Shown in pieces: positions 6,881 to 17,473 of a DNA stretch of 37,797 nucleotides. This DNA comes from a virus (Duplodnaviria > Caudoviricetes). The notes under the pieces were generated by a model, which saw nothing but the letters and a program-made list of their open reading frames with translations, had not been told where the DNA came from and searched no databases. How positions within the stretch are numbered: position 1 is the stretch's first letter; every line of letters begins with the position of its first letter. The stretch is taken from positions 1 through 37,797 of the IMG/VR virus record IMGVR_UViG_3300027820_000064, one strand, 5' to 3'. Position numbers and translations under genes: made by a program.

Positions 6881-8116
6881 ATGCCAGAAAATGCAGCAGC
6901 CGAAGGTGGCTTTGGTTTAGGCGCTAACGAAGCGTTTGGCGGTCAGGTTGGCACTGGTTCGCTAGGTGGCAGCGAAGTTGGCGGCGCTCAGGGTAGCTTC
7001 GGTGGCGGTGAGTTTGGCGGCGGTGGTCCTAGCAGCCCGGCGGCTCAGGCAGCGGCAGCAAGCGACTCCATTGCAGCGGCTGAGGCTGTGTTTAGCAATG
7101 CTGGCGTGCAGAATGGCATTTTGGGCATGATGGGTCTTGCTCCGGGCCAGAGCCAAAATGCGCCTGCTCAGAGCATGGCGCCTAGCTTGTCGGCTCCTGC
7201 AATTGCGCCGGGCTTCAACCCCGAAGCTGTTTTTGGCATGTCGCCGCCCAGCCAGAACCCCAGCACTGGTGGCCTGCTTGCTGGCTCGCCTGCGCCTAGC
7301 ATGGCGCCTAGCGTTGATCCTTCTGCATATGCAATGCCTGACTTGCCTTCGCCTGAAGTGGTATCGCCTGCTGCCCCTGCTGCAATGGTCGCGCCTACAA
7401 TATCAATGGCGCCAACCATGTCGCTGGCTGACCAGAGCTTTAATCCTGAAGCTGTGTTTGGCATGGTTGCGCCCAGCCAAAACCCAACGACCGGCGGCCT
7501 GCTTGCTGGCTCGCCTATGCCTGATATGGCGCCTGTCGCTGACACAGCTCCGGCAATTAATGCTGACCCGATTGCATCGTATGGCACAGGCACCAGCGCA
7601 ATGTCGGTTGATCCAGCAGCGATTGGCGGCAACTTGACTGGGCTTCTTGGCACGCCAGCTCCTGCACCAGCAATGGCACCTGCTGCACCAGCACAAACGC
7701 CTGCAATGTCGCCAGCAACTATCGCTCAAGACATGATGGCAATGGCACCTGCGCCAGCACCTGCCATGTCGCAATCCATGACAAGCCGCCCGCAGGCTCG
7801 TCCAACCGATGACCGCAGCTTCTTGGGCCGCACTGTAAACGATATTCAAATGGGGCTTTCAATCAATCCGTTTGCCAGCCGCCAAGAGCAAGCGCAAAGT
7901 TTGATTGACCGTGGCTGGAACCCGACAGATGTGAGCAACTTTATGGCGCGCAGCATTGATACTGATCGTAGCAATCAGGCGATGATTGAAAATCAGGTTG
8001 GCGCTGATGGATACACCCGCATTCTTGAAAGCGCTGCTGCGCCATTAGTGACGGCGCCAGCAACAAGCCAGCCTGTAAGGTTCTACGTTCCGCGACTTTC
8101 GGCAAGGGGTTACTGA
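6881..8116 (+). CDS. Ala/Pro/Ser/Gly-rich largely disordered protein, possible virion component
   Basis: RBS AGGGAG; internal duplication [26 protein letters not shown]. Confidence 0.75.
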   Translation: MPENAAAEGGFGLGANEAFGGQVGTGSLGGSEVGGAQGSFGGGEFGGGGPSSPAAQAAAASDSIAAAEAVFSNAGVQNGILGMMGLAPGQSQNAPAQSMAPSLSAPAIAPGFNPEAVFGMSPPSQNPSTGGLLAGSPAPSMAPSVDPSAYAMPDLPSPEVVSPAAPAAMVAPTISMAPTMSLADQSFNPEAVFGMVAPSQNPTTGGLLAGSPMPDMAPVADTAPAINADPIASYGTGTSAMSVDPAAIGGNLTGLLGTPAPAPAMAPAAPAQTPAMSPATIAQDMMAMAPAPAPAMSQSMTSRPQARPTDDRSFLGRTVNDIQMGLSINPFASRQEQAQSLIDRGWNPTDVSNFMARSIDTDRSNQAMIENQVGADGYTRILESAAAPLVTAPATSQPVRFYVPRLSARGY

Positions 8117-8256
8117 TGCCACTACGCAAAGGATCGTCAAAGAAGGTTATCTCTGCTAATATCCGCACTGAGATGAAGGCTGGCAAGCCGCAGAAACAAG
8201 CCGTAGCCATTGCTCTGAGCAAGGCGGGCAAGTCCAAGAAAGGTCGGAAGAAATGA
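8116..8256 (+). CDS. 46-aa Lys-rich basic protein (absent from ORF track)
   Basis: [46 protein letters not shown]; start/stop overlaps at both ends. Confidence 0.8.
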   Translation: MPLRKGSSKKVISANIRTEMKAGKPQKQAVAIALSKAGKSKKGRKK

Positions 8257-8357
8257 AGAAGCCGATGAAAAAGCCTGCGTTCAAGCCCTGCAAGGGCTGC
8301 CCCACCCCTGCCAAATGTAAAGCGGCTGGCAAGTGCTTGGCGAAGGCCCGTAAGTAA
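8253..8357 (+). CDS. 34-aa Lys-rich protein with four Cys (absent from ORF track)
   Basis: [34 protein letters not shown]; ATGA and TAATG couplings. Confidence 0.75.
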   Translation: MKKPMKKPAFKPCKGCPTPAKCKAAGKCLAKARK

Positions 8358-8980
8358 TGGCTATATCGACATATGCAGAACTAAAGTCGGCCATTGCTGA
8401 CTTTCTTGACCGAGACGACTTAACCAGCGTCGTGGAAACCTTTATTGCGCTTGCAGAAACTGATCTTAACCGCCTCATTCGCCATTGGCGCATGGAGGGT
8501 CGCTCGACTGCGGAGATTGACACGCAATACTCGGCTGTGCCTGCTGACTTTCTTGAGCCGATCCGGTTTTACATTACGTCAAACAACACGCATCCGCTTG
8601 AGCTTATTAGTCAAGCCGAGCTGCTTGACCGCAAGTATAACAACGGCAACACCGGCGGCATGCCGCGTTTTTACGCTGTCACCGCTGGCGAGCTTGAGGT
8701 GTTCCCAGTTCCAGACAGCACGTATGACGCTGAGCTGTATTACTACAAGCGCTTGAGCGCGCTGTCTGACAGCAACACGACCAACTGGCTGTTGACGTAT
8801 TACCCCGATGCTTATCTTTACGGCGCCTTGATGCACTCGGCACCTTACTTGAAAGATGACGCACGCATTCAGATTTGGAGTGGCCTGTTCCAAAATGCAA
8901 TTGCTTCCATTAACTTGGAAAGCGACAAAGCTAAATTCGGCGGCACGGGTCTCCGCCTTAAAGTTAGAGGTCTGTCATGA
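8357..8980 (+). CDS. Head-tail adaptor protein
   Basis: TYAELKSAIADFLDRDDL...NWLLTYYPDAYLYGAL motif; position in the structural module. Confidence 0.7.
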   Translation: MAISTYAELKSAIADFLDRDDLTSVVETFIALAETDLNRLIRHWRMEGRSTAEIDTQYSAVPADFLEPIRFYITSNNTHPLELISQAELLDRKYNNGNTGGMPRFYAVTAGELEVFPVPDSTYDAELYYYKRLSALSDSNTTNWLLTYYPDAYLYGALMHSAPYLKDDARIQIWSGLFQNAIASINLESDKAKFGGTGLRLKVRGLS

Positions 8981-9363
8981 GCTTCTCGAATACCCACGAA
9001 AACAAGGTTCTGACATGGACCTTCACTGCTGACGCTGTTACCCGCCCCACGGCTTGGTATCTTGCGCTGTTCACAACTGATCCCGGCGAGACTGGTTCTG
9101 GCACAGAGGTCAGCACTTCTGGCACTGCGTATGCGCGTCAGTCGGTTGCGTTTACTGTTACCGACAACACCGCGTCGAACAGCGCTGCCGTTGAGTTTCC
9201 GACCGCCACAGCAAGCTACGGCACCGTGACGCACGTTGCAGTGTTTGATGCCTCGACTGCTGGCAACATGATTGCCTATGCAGCGCTGAGCAGCAGCAAG
9301 TCGATTGACACAGGCGATGTGCTGCGCGTGCCTGCCGGTGATCTAGACATCACGCTGGATTGA
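8977..9363 (+). CDS. Virion structural/tail-associated protein
   Basis: YLALFT-DP...YARQ...VEFPTATASYGTVTH...GDLDITLD. Confidence 0.6.
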   Translation: MSFSNTHENKVLTWTFTADAVTRPTAWYLALFTTDPGETGSGTEVSTSGTAYARQSVAFTVTDNTASNSAAVEFPTATASYGTVTHVAVFDASTAGNMIAYAALSSSKSIDTGDVLRVPAGDLDITLD

Positions 9364-9366
9364 TGA

Positions 9367-10092
9367 ATGGCTGACACCGTTTACCGCACTGGATATGGCA
9401 CGGGCGCTTATGGTGTCCGTGCTTTCGGTGTGGACGGCTCTGATGTAGCGGCAGCCAGCACAATCATAACCGTCACGACTGTTGCCTCAGCTGCACTTCG
9501 TGTTCGGTTGGCTGCTTCGATCCCGGCAGCGGTCACCACAACCGTTGCGGGGTCGCAGAGAGTGCGGGAGGCGGCTGCTGCCGCTTCTGCTGCCAGCTCC
9601 GCCACGAGTGCCTCCCAGCGTGTGCGTGAAGCCTCTGCGTCAGTCAGCGCGTCGGCCACTGGTTCGGCATCTGTTGAACGCATCAAGCTTGCTGGCGCCT
9701 CTGTATCGGCGGCTGCGACTGTGTCTGGTGCATGTGAGCGCATTCAGCACACCGGCGGTGACACTGCCTGCGTTTCTTCTGTTTCCGTCAAAACTGAAGT
9801 TGTGTTTAATGTAGGCCCACAATTTCTTGCTTCTGCCTTTGCGGCGGTGACTGCAGAGCGTTTGCGCGAAATTACTGGCTCCGCTTCTTGTTCTGCATCT
9901 GTTTCGGCGATTGCTATTGAGAAATGGGAGCCAGATGCCGGCACTGCAGAAACTTGGACACCTATTGGGGATAGCTCTGAAACATGGTATCCTGCCGCAA
10001 ATTCAACTGAGGCTTGGTCTGCTGCCTCAAAGACATCAACCGATTGGAATGCTGCATCAGCGATTGCTGAGATTTGGCAATCTGCCGCATAG
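9367..10092 (+). CDS. Ala/Ser-rich virion (fibre-like) protein
   Basis: RVRxAxA repeats and C-terminal ETW/EAW repeats. Confidence 0.6.
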   Translation: MADTVYRTGYGTGAYGVRAFGVDGSDVAAASTIITVTTVASAALRVRLAASIPAAVTTTVAGSQRVREAAAAASAASSATSASQRVREASASVSASATGSASVERIKLAGASVSAAATVSGACERIQHTGGDTACVSSVSVKTEVVFNVGPQFLASAFAAVTAERLREITGSASCSASVSAIAIEKWEPDAGTAETWTPIGDSSETWYPAANSTEAWSAASKTSTDWNAASAIAEIWQSAA

Positions 10093-10102
10093 GAGATAAA
10101 CA

Positions 10103-11527
10103 ATGGCTGACACCACCACCACAAATTTTGGCCTTACCAAGCCAGAAGTTGGCGCCTCTGAAGATACTTGGGGGACTAAAATTAATGCCAACTTGGACAG
10201 CATTGATGACCTTCTTGGCGACGGCGCCCCGCTTGCTATTGATACGGTAAATAATCGTGTTGGGGTTGGCACAAGCAGCCCATCTGATACTCTTGAGGTA
10301 ACTACGTCAACGAATGGCACGCCTACCCGTATTCGTCTTACTGCCAATGACACTGGCGGGACCGCAAGAAGCGGTAATGTATTTTTTGATGCAGACACAA
10401 ACACTGTTGGGTTTCGCAATGGTGGTTCAGATGTGCTTCATGTGGATGACAGCAGTAATGTAGGTATTGGGACAAGCAGCCCCGCCGCAGCACTTCATGT
10501 AAACTCTAATTTGGCGAACCTTGCTGGTTTGTTTGAGAGCAATGACGCAGGGGCTACGATCACCCTGATTGATGACTCTACTACTGGCGGGAGTGTAGCT
10601 GAACACGGACTGAACACGGTTGGTGACCAACTTGAAATTCGTGCAGTAGATAATTTGGCCTTTGAGACTGCCGCCACAGAACGCATGCGCATCGACAGCA
10701 GCGGTAACTTGCTGGTGGGTAAGACTACACAAGATCAGGATGTTATTGGGGCGGAAATTAGAGAAAATGGTATTGCCGCATTTACAGCAGATGGCACTGC
10801 TCCATTAAGAGCCAATAGAAAAACTGATGACGGTGCTATTGTAAACCTTCAGAAAGACGGCACCAGTGTGGGGAGTATTGGGACTTCTAGTGGCAATATT
10901 TACATGGTTAGAGGTTCAATTTCTGGTGTAGGGATTGCAGGTGGTGGGCAGTTCGTTGCAACAGACAGTTCTGGGGCATCTTCAGATAATACCAGAGATC
11001 TTGGTGCAGCGTCCGTTCGCTGGGATGACGTTTACGCCACAAACGGAACAATCCAAACATCTGACCGCAATGAAAAGACTGACATTGCTGAACTGGACGA
11101 AGCCGAAAAGCGGGTTGCCATTGCAGCTAAAGGTCTGATCCGAAAATATCGCTGGAAGGATGCTGTCGCTGAAAAGGGTGACGACGCCCGTATTCACTTC
11201 GGTATTATCGCACAGGACTTGCAGGCTGCATTTGAGGCTGAGGGCTTGGATGCTGGTCGTTACGCCATGTTCATCTCAAGCACTTGGTGGGAAGCTGACG
11301 AGGTTATCCCTGCCGTAGAGGCGCAGGATGCAGTCTACGAGATACAGGTTGACGAGGATGGCAACGAGGTGCAGGTGCTTGTCTCTGAGGCAGTAGAAGC
11401 CCAGCCGGAACGCACTGTCACCAACACATACCAAACTGCAGAAGAAGCGCCGGAAGGTGCCGTAGAGCGCACTCGACTTGGTGTTCGCTACCCTGAACTT
11501 CTGGCGTTTATCATTGCTGCTATGTAA
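10103..11527 (+). CDS. Tail fibre with C-terminal peptidase S74 intramolecular chaperone
   Basis: VGIGTSSP and [14 protein letters not shown] repeats; SDRNEK...HFGIIAQ...GVRYPEL. Confidence 0.85.
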   Translation: MADTTTTNFGLTKPEVGASEDTWGTKINANLDSIDDLLGDGAPLAIDTVNNRVGVGTSSPSDTLEVTTSTNGTPTRIRLTANDTGGTARSGNVFFDADTNTVGFRNGGSDVLHVDDSSNVGIGTSSPAAALHVNSNLANLAGLFESNDAGATITLIDDSTTGGSVAEHGLNTVGDQLEIRAVDNLAFETAATERMRIDSSGNLLVGKTTQDQDVIGAEIRENGIAAFTADGTAPLRANRKTDDGAIVNLQKDGTSVGSIGTSSGNIYMVRGSISGVGIAGGGQFVATDSSGASSDNTRDLGAASVRWDDVYATNGTIQTSDRNEKTDIAELDEAEKRVAIAAKGLIRKYRWKDAVAEKGDDARIHFGIIAQDLQAAFEAEGLDAGRYAMFISSTWWEADEVIPAVEAQDAVYEIQVDEDGNEVQVLVSEAVEAQPERTVTNTYQTAEEAPEGAVERTRLGVRYPELLAFIIAAM

Positions 11528-11542
11528 AGGCGATCAAATAAC

Positions 11543-13021
11543 ATGCCATTGATCCCACTCAACATCCCGCCGGGTCAATATCGAAACGGCACAGAATATC
11601 AGTCACAAGGACGCTGGCGGGATGCAAACTTAGTCCGCTGGCATGAGGGTGCTTTGCGCCCTGTCGGCGGCTGGCGCCAGCGTGGCAGCGTAGACATTGA
11701 CGGCGTTGTTCGCAATGTTGCCGCGTGGGAAGACAACACCGGCAGCCGTCGAATTGCGTTTGGCACGCACAGCAAGCTGTATGCCATGAATATCAGCGAC
11801 ACAGTGAGCGATATCACGCCGACAGGGTTCACGGCTGGAGTTGTTGACGCCACTGGTTTTACTGGCTACGGCGGTAGCACATACGGCAGTGGCCTGTATG
11901 GTCTTCCATCTGAAGAAACGACAGACACCATTCCAGCGACCACTTGGTGCCTTGAAAATTGGGGCCAATACTTACTTGCTATGACGCCATATGACGGCAA
12001 GATTTATGAGTGGCAACTTGACGGTGCAACACCTGCGGCTGTTCTAAGCAATGCACCTACTGGTTGCACTGGCATGATGGTGACAGAAGAGCGTTTTGTG
12101 TTTGCATTTGGCGCAGGCACCAACCCGCGCAATGTTGCTTGGTCTGATCGTGAAAACAACAATGTTTGGACGCCAACTATTACAAACCAAGCTGGGGACA
12201 TTGAAATCCAGACCAATGGCGTAATTATGAGAGGAATTCGCACGCGCGGGCAGTCGTTGATCTTAACAAGCCAAGACGCCCACACTGCAACATATCAGGG
12301 GCCGCCGTTTGTTTACGGCTTTGAGCGCGTCGGCACATCTTGCGGCCTGATTGCCACAAACGCAGTCGCGTCAATTGATAGTGGAGTGGTCTGGATGGGC
12401 CACCGGTCGTTTTTTGTCTACAGCGGCGGCGCCGTTCAGCAAGTTCCTTGCGAGGTTTCTGATTACGTATTCAGCGACATGAACTACGAGCAGAAGTCTA
12501 AAGTTCACGCAGTTGTAAACAGCCGCTTCAACGAGATTTGGTGGTTCTATCCAAGCAGCAGCAGCAATGAGTGCGACCGTTACGTGGCATTTGACTACGC
12601 AGAAAATATCTGGATGACTGGCGAGATTGACCGCACGGCTGGCGTTGACCGTGGCGCTTTCCGTTATCCCATGTGGGTTGCATCTGATGGCGTTGTTTAC
12701 GAGCATGAAGTTGGCTATGACCACGGCACGCAGACGCCATACGCAGAGACCGGTCCAATTGCTATCAGCGCTGGCGAACAGGTCATGGCTGTGCGTGAAA
12801 TGATCCCAGACGAAAAGACGCTTGGCGATGTGACGGCGACATTTAAAACCCGCTTTTACCCGACCGACACAGAGCGTGAATATGGGCCATATAGCATGGC
12901 CAACCCGACTAGCATCAGGTTTACCGGTCGGCAGGTTCGCATGCGCGTGACAGGCAACACAATGTCTGATTGGCGTGTTGGCGTTATGCGGCTTGATGCT
13001 GTGGCCGGTGGCCGCAGATGA
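11543..13021 (+). CDS. Tail nozzle / DNA stabilisation protein (P22 gp10-like)
   Basis: ~490 aa, beta-rich, VAWSD motif, position after the fibres. Confidence 0.6.
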   Translation: MPLIPLNIPPGQYRNGTEYQSQGRWRDANLVRWHEGALRPVGGWRQRGSVDIDGVVRNVAAWEDNTGSRRIAFGTHSKLYAMNISDTVSDITPTGFTAGVVDATGFTGYGGSTYGSGLYGLPSEETTDTIPATTWCLENWGQYLLAMTPYDGKIYEWQLDGATPAAVLSNAPTGCTGMMVTEERFVFAFGAGTNPRNVAWSDRENNNVWTPTITNQAGDIEIQTNGVIMRGIRTRGQSLILTSQDAHTATYQGPPFVYGFERVGTSCGLIATNAVASIDSGVVWMGHRSFFVYSGGAVQQVPCEVSDYVFSDMNYEQKSKVHAVVNSRFNEIWWFYPSSSSNECDRYVAFDYAENIWMTGEIDRTAGVDRGAFRYPMWVASDGVVYEHEVGYDHGTQTPYAETGPIAISAGEQVMAVREMIPDEKTLGDVTATFKTRFYPTDTEREYGPYSMANPTSIRFTGRQVRMRVTGNTMSDWRVGVMRLDAVAGGRR

Positions 13022-13671
13022 GCAGGGTAATCCCACCAGTCACCATTGATATTCGGCAGTGGGCTGAAAATATGCGCCGCTATCTTGGCAGCGCATTGGA
13101 TCAGCTCGGTTTTAAGGATGCGTCTTCATCTGCTGCCGAAAATGGTGTGATGTTGTGGGACAATGGCAACGGCTATCCTGTGGTTAGCAAAGGCGGCGAG
13201 TGGCGCCAGATCGTCTTGGCAGATGGCTATGCTTTCTTTGGGCAAGACGCTGACATTACGGCAGCTGCTGCCGATACGGCCTACGCCATCACTTACGATG
13301 CGCCAGCAATGTCTAACGGCATCTCGCTTGGCACGCCAACCAGCCGCATTGTGTTTGCCGAGGCTGGCACTTACTTGCTTGCTTTCTCGGCGCAGATCAC
13401 ATCCACATCCAGCAGCACTGTAGGGTTTAGGTTTTGGCCACGCATTAACGGCGCTGACGTGCCGGGCAGCACAATGGTTGCCAACTTGCACCAGAACAGC
13501 GCCACACTTGTAATTTCCCGCACGGCAATATTTCAGGTGAGCGCTGGCGATTACTTAGAGGCTATGTGGGCAACTGACAGCACGTCTGGCTTCTTGCAAG
13601 CCACTGCGGCCACGGCTTATGCTCCGGCAGCGCCATCAACGTCGCTGTCGGTCACTAGGATTAGGGAATGA
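13018..13671 (+). CDS. Tail-associated structural protein
   Basis: Coupled ORF with a beta-rich C-terminal domain. Confidence 0.55.
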   Translation: MSRVIPPVTIDIRQWAENMRRYLGSALDQLGFKDASSSAAENGVMLWDNGNGYPVVSKGGEWRQIVLADGYAFFGQDADITAAAADTAYAITYDAPAMSNGISLGTPTSRIVFAEAGTYLLAFSAQITSTSSSTVGFRFWPRINGADVPGSTMVANLHQNSATLVISRTAIFQVSAGDYLEAMWATDSTSGFLQATAATAYAPAAPSTSLSVTRIRE

Positions 13672-14027
13672 CGGTCAATATTGAAGACTACAAGGATCAA
13701 ATAGAGGCCGCCCTAAAGCACAGTGGCGGCACTCATTTATTTGAGGATGTGGCTGTTGCTGTGGTTGAGGGTAGAATGCAGATGTGGGTGAATGGCGAAA
13801 CAGTGGCCATTACTGAGGTAATATGTTACCCTCGCAAAAAAGTTCTTCATGTTTTCATCGGTTCTGGGAAACGCAAAGAACTTTTCGAGATGATTGAAAG
13901 CGCGTGGCAGTGGGGGCAGTCAATTGGCTGCACTGGCATGACACTAGCAGGCCGGAAGGGCTGGATGAAACTGATGGGTAAATTCGGCTTCAAGCCAACC
14001 CTTTACGTGATGGAGAAAAGCGCATGA
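13668..14027 (+). CDS. GNAT-fold-like protein preceding the ejection genes
   Basis: ITEVICYPRKKVLHVF...GRKGW motif. Confidence 0.55.
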   Translation: MTVNIEDYKDQIEAALKHSGGTHLFEDVAVAVVEGRMQMWVNGETVAITEVICYPRKKVLHVFIGSGKRKELFEMIESAWQWGQSIGCTGMTLAGRKGWMKLMGKFGFKPTLYVMEKSA

Positions 14028-14647
14028 GTGGCGGCAAAGGTGGGTCACAGACTACAACGGCCCAAGTTCAAATTCCTGCCTACATTGAAGAGGCTTCTAG
14101 GGCTAACTTAAATCGGGCTAACGAAATTGCTCAGCTTGGTTACACGCCTTACTATGGCCCTGAAGTTGCGGCATTCACGCCATCGCAGGAGGCTGCATTC
14201 CAAGGGACTGCAGACGCTGCTTCGGCATTTGGCATGCCTACTGGGCAGGTCAATCAGCCCGGCATGACATCTTACGGCATGCCGCAGCCTACTGAATATG
14301 CTGGCGGCGTGCGTGGATACAGCTCGGCGCCAATGTATGAGCAGTCAGTCGAGCAGCTTCGTGCCAACGCTCCTGCTCAGTATGACTTTATTCGCGGCAT
14401 GTTTATCAATCCTCAGACTGGCGAGCGCCCAGTGGCGCCGTTTGGTCCGGGTGGCAGCATTTATCCGCCGGAGCCAGCAACACCTGCTGCCGGAGCGGTG
14501 GGTAGCGAGGTGGCTTCCGCTGCTCAAGCTGCCGCAACTCGCAGCGTTGCGCCAAGTTCAGCGTTAACTCGACGCGAGCAGCAAATGGGCCTGACGCCAG
14601 CAATGAAAGCGCGCGGTATGACAATTGCAGATGTGATGGGGCGTTAA
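14024..14647 (+). CDS. Putative internal virion/ejection protein
   Basis: MSGGKGGSQTTT N-terminus, PYYGPEVAAFTP; position. Confidence 0.55.
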   Translation: MSGGKGGSQTTTAQVQIPAYIEEASRANLNRANEIAQLGYTPYYGPEVAAFTPSQEAAFQGTADAASAFGMPTGQVNQPGMTSYGMPQPTEYAGGVRGYSSAPMYEQSVEQLRANAPAQYDFIRGMFINPQTGERPVAPFGPGGSIYPPEPATPAAGAVGSEVASAAQAAATRSVAPSSALTRREQQMGLTPAMKARGMTIADVMGR

Positions 14648-14648
14648 A

Positions 14649-15866
14649 ATGGCTGGCTCACTAAATACACAATCAAACACCACCGTAAAACCGGCATCAT
14701 TCCAGCCGACAAATCCGCCTACCACTGCGCCTAACTTTGCTATGACGCGCGGCTCTGCCCCGAATGTCTATCAGCAGTCGGCCGGTGCGTTGCAGCAGGC
14801 CCAGCAGACAGCTGGCAATCTGGCTAACTTTCAAGTCAACCCGATGCAGGCTGCTCAGCTAGGGCGAACTGCAAGGGTGAGCGCGCCCGGCCAGATTGGC
14901 GTAAACCAGCTGGCCAGAACAAACCTGAATTCCTACATGAACCCATACATTCAGAATGTGGTTAAGTTTGGACAGCAGGACATTGAGCGTCAGCGCCGAA
15001 TGGCGTCAAGAAACATGGGCGCTCAAGCGCAGGCCGCCGGAGCGTTTGGCGGATCGCGGCAGGCTGTTCAAGATGCAGTGCTTGCTGGTGAGGCCATGCG
15101 CGAAGCTGGCCAGCTGTCTGCGCAGCAGCGTCAGGCTGGCTTTCAGCAGGCGTTGCAGTCAGCTCAATTTGATATTGGCCAGATGCAGGCTGCTCGCAAT
15201 CTTGCGGCTCAGCAGCAGATGCAGGCAGGTCTTTCCAACCAAGCTGCCATCAACGCAATGCGTCAGCAGCGGGGTGCATTCCAGCAGGCTGCAAACCAAG
15301 CCAACTTTGGCGGTCAGTTCCAAGGTGCTGGTGTTCGCGCTAACGCCGCTGGCCAGCTTGGCGGCCTTGCGCAGACTGGCTTCGGCTTTGGTCAGGCAAT
15401 CAACCAGCAGCAAATGCAGCAGGGTGCATTGCAGCAGGTTCTGCAGCAGCAGCTAATTGACGCGGCCCGTGGCCAGTATCAAGGCTTCATCGGCGCTCCG
15501 CAGACTGCTCTTGGGTTGCCGCTGCAGGCTCTTGGCGCTGCGCCGGTGCCGCAGACATCAACGCAAACACAAAGCCGCCAGCCGGGCCTGTTTGACTATC
15601 TAACTGGCTTTGCAGCACTCGGCAGTATGTCCGACCCGCGCCTGAAAACCAACGTCCAGCACAAGGGCCAGTTTAACGGCGTAAACTTCTACAGCTGGGA
15701 TTGGAATGACGAAGGCAAGCGCATCGCAAACCCAGATCAGCCGACTTTCGGCGTGATGGCTGATGAGCTGCAGAAGACGCACCCGCAGCACGTAATGCGT
15801 GGCGAAGATGGCTACCTGCGTGTCAAATATGCTGAGCTGATGCGCGAGTTGGTGGAGGCCGCCTGA
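14649..15866 (+). CDS. Gln/Ala-rich DNA transfer (ejection) protein with C-terminal S74-like domain
   Basis: YMNPY, GAFGGSR and SDPRLKTNV...GVMADEL...GYLRVKY motifs. Confidence 0.65.
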   Translation: MAGSLNTQSNTTVKPASFQPTNPPTTAPNFAMTRGSAPNVYQQSAGALQQAQQTAGNLANFQVNPMQAAQLGRTARVSAPGQIGVNQLARTNLNSYMNPYIQNVVKFGQQDIERQRRMASRNMGAQAQAAGAFGGSRQAVQDAVLAGEAMREAGQLSAQQRQAGFQQALQSAQFDIGQMQAARNLAAQQQMQAGLSNQAAINAMRQQRGAFQQAANQANFGGQFQGAGVRANAAGQLGGLAQTGFGFGQAINQQQMQQGALQQVLQQQLIDAARGQYQGFIGAPQTALGLPLQALGAAPVPQTSTQTQSRQPGLFDYLTGFAALGSMSDPRLKTNVQHKGQFNGVNFYSWDWNDEGKRIANPDQPTFGVMADELQKTHPQHVMRGEDGYLRVKYAELMRELVEAA

Positions 15867-17461
15867 TGGCAATGCAAGACTGGGCTAATGCTATCGCAAG
15901 CATAGAAAGCGCTGGTAGCGGCGGGTATTCCGCCCTCGGTCCAGTTACGCGCCGTGGCAATCGTGCTTATGGCAAGTATCAGGTCATGGACTTTAATGTT
16001 GGCCCTTGGACTGAAAAGTATGTTGGCCGCCGCATGACACCTGACGAGTTTCTTGCCAGCCCAGAGGCTCAGGAAGCTGTATTTCAGGGTGAGTTTGGTA
16101 GCTACGTGCAGAAATACGGCAACCCACAAGATGCTGCGTCTGCATGGTTTACTGGGCAGCCAATGTCTAGCGGAGCAGGCCGCAAAGATATTCTTGGGAC
16201 CAGCGGCAGCGGTTATGTTGCTAAATTTAATCGTGCATTGGGTCAGGATCAAACCCCGACCATTTCTACCAAAGGAGGCGGGACAGTGACCCCCGATCAG
16301 ATCGCACAAGGCGCAATGGCGCAATCGGCTGGCCAAGAGCCTGAGCAGCCACGCGGCTTGCTCGGCAACTTGTTTGGCAATCCTGACACGATGGCTGCAC
16401 TGGCCATGGCCTTCAACAGCATGCGTCTTACTCCTGACCCCAACCTGTCGGCTGTGCTATCTGCGCAGATGAAAGAGCGTCGCAGTGAGCGGAAAGCTAC
16501 TGCGCAGAAAAACCGCACATTGGATTATCTAAAAAGCCTTAACACTCCGCAGGCCGCAGAGGCTATTCGTTATGCGGAAGGCACTGGTGACATTGCAGGC
16601 GCGTTGAAAATGGCCACCGCGACTGGCAAAGATGAGCGAACTGCGCTTATCAAAAACTTTGAGTTTGCTAAGTCGCAAGGTTTTGAAGGCAGCTTCCAAG
16701 ACTTTATGAAGTCAGGCGGCGGCGGCGGCAGTGTCGTCAATATCAATGGCGAGGATTACAAGGTTGTTAACGGCCAAGTTATCGTCCCTGACCCCAGCTC
16801 CCCCATGGGTATAAGATTTGTTCCAATTCCCGGAAGTAAAGCTGCCGCTGATATGGAGAGAGCTGGCGAAGCGCAAGAAGCGCGAACTGCAGGCGAGGCG
16901 ACATCTGGCGCAACGGTTCTTGAAGATATTACTCGCGCAAAAGAAATTGCCAAGAACAGCCCGCTTCTTTCTACCGGATTTATTGGCGGCATACTGAGGG
17001 GTGTTGGCGGAACTAGCGCAAAAACATTGGATCAGCTAACAACAACTATTAAAGCCAATATTGGTTTTGATAGGCTTCAGCGTATGCGTGACGAAAGCCC
17101 GACTGGTGGCGCTCTTGGTCAAGTTGCTGTTCAGGAACTTGAAGCGTTGCAATCAAGTCTTGGCAGCTTAGACACATCCCTTGATGACGAAGAATTGATT
17201 AAAAACCTTAACCGCCTAGAGGAGCAATACCGCCGCTCCATGCAGCGCATTCTTAACACAGAAGGTGGCGCTAAATATTTCACTCCTCGTGAGGTTGAAA
17301 TGATAAACAGCGTCACCCAAGCTGAAAGCCAGTCAGCATCTATGGGTGGTGATGGGTCAATGGCTAGCCCATTCAAGGTCACGCCGCAAACCAAGCCAAG
17401 CGACATTCCATCTGGGGCTTACTTTACCGACCCCAATGGCATTCTTCGCCGCAAGCCATAA
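15866..17461 (+). CDS. Internal virion protein with N-terminal lysozyme/transglycosylase-like domain
   Basis: IASIES-GSGGY...AYGKYQVM...AWFTG. Confidence 0.7.
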   Translation: MAMQDWANAIASIESAGSGGYSALGPVTRRGNRAYGKYQVMDFNVGPWTEKYVGRRMTPDEFLASPEAQEAVFQGEFGSYVQKYGNPQDAASAWFTGQPMSSGAGRKDILGTSGSGYVAKFNRALGQDQTPTISTKGGGTVTPDQIAQGAMAQSAGQEPEQPRGLLGNLFGNPDTMAALAMAFNSMRLTPDPNLSAVLSAQMKERRSERKATAQKNRTLDYLKSLNTPQAAEAIRYAEGTGDIAGALKMATATGKDERTALIKNFEFAKSQGFEGSFQDFMKSGGGGGSVVNINGEDYKVVNGQVIVPDPSSPMGIRFVPIPGSKAAADMERAGEAQEARTAGEATSGATVLEDITRAKEIAKNSPLLSTGFIGGILRGVGGTSAKTLDQLTTTIKANIGFDRLQRMRDESPTGGALGQVAVQELEALQSSLGSLDTSLDDEELIKNLNRLEEQYRRSMQRILNTEGGAKYFTPREVEMINSVTQAESQSASMGGDGSMASPFKVTPQTKPSDIPSGAYFTDPNGILRRKP

Positions 17462-17473
17462 GGAGAAATACTG

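Noticed and set aside
10103-11527. Diversity-generating retroelement or invertible tail-fibre system
   Set aside because: No reverse transcriptase, invertase or TR/VR pair seen
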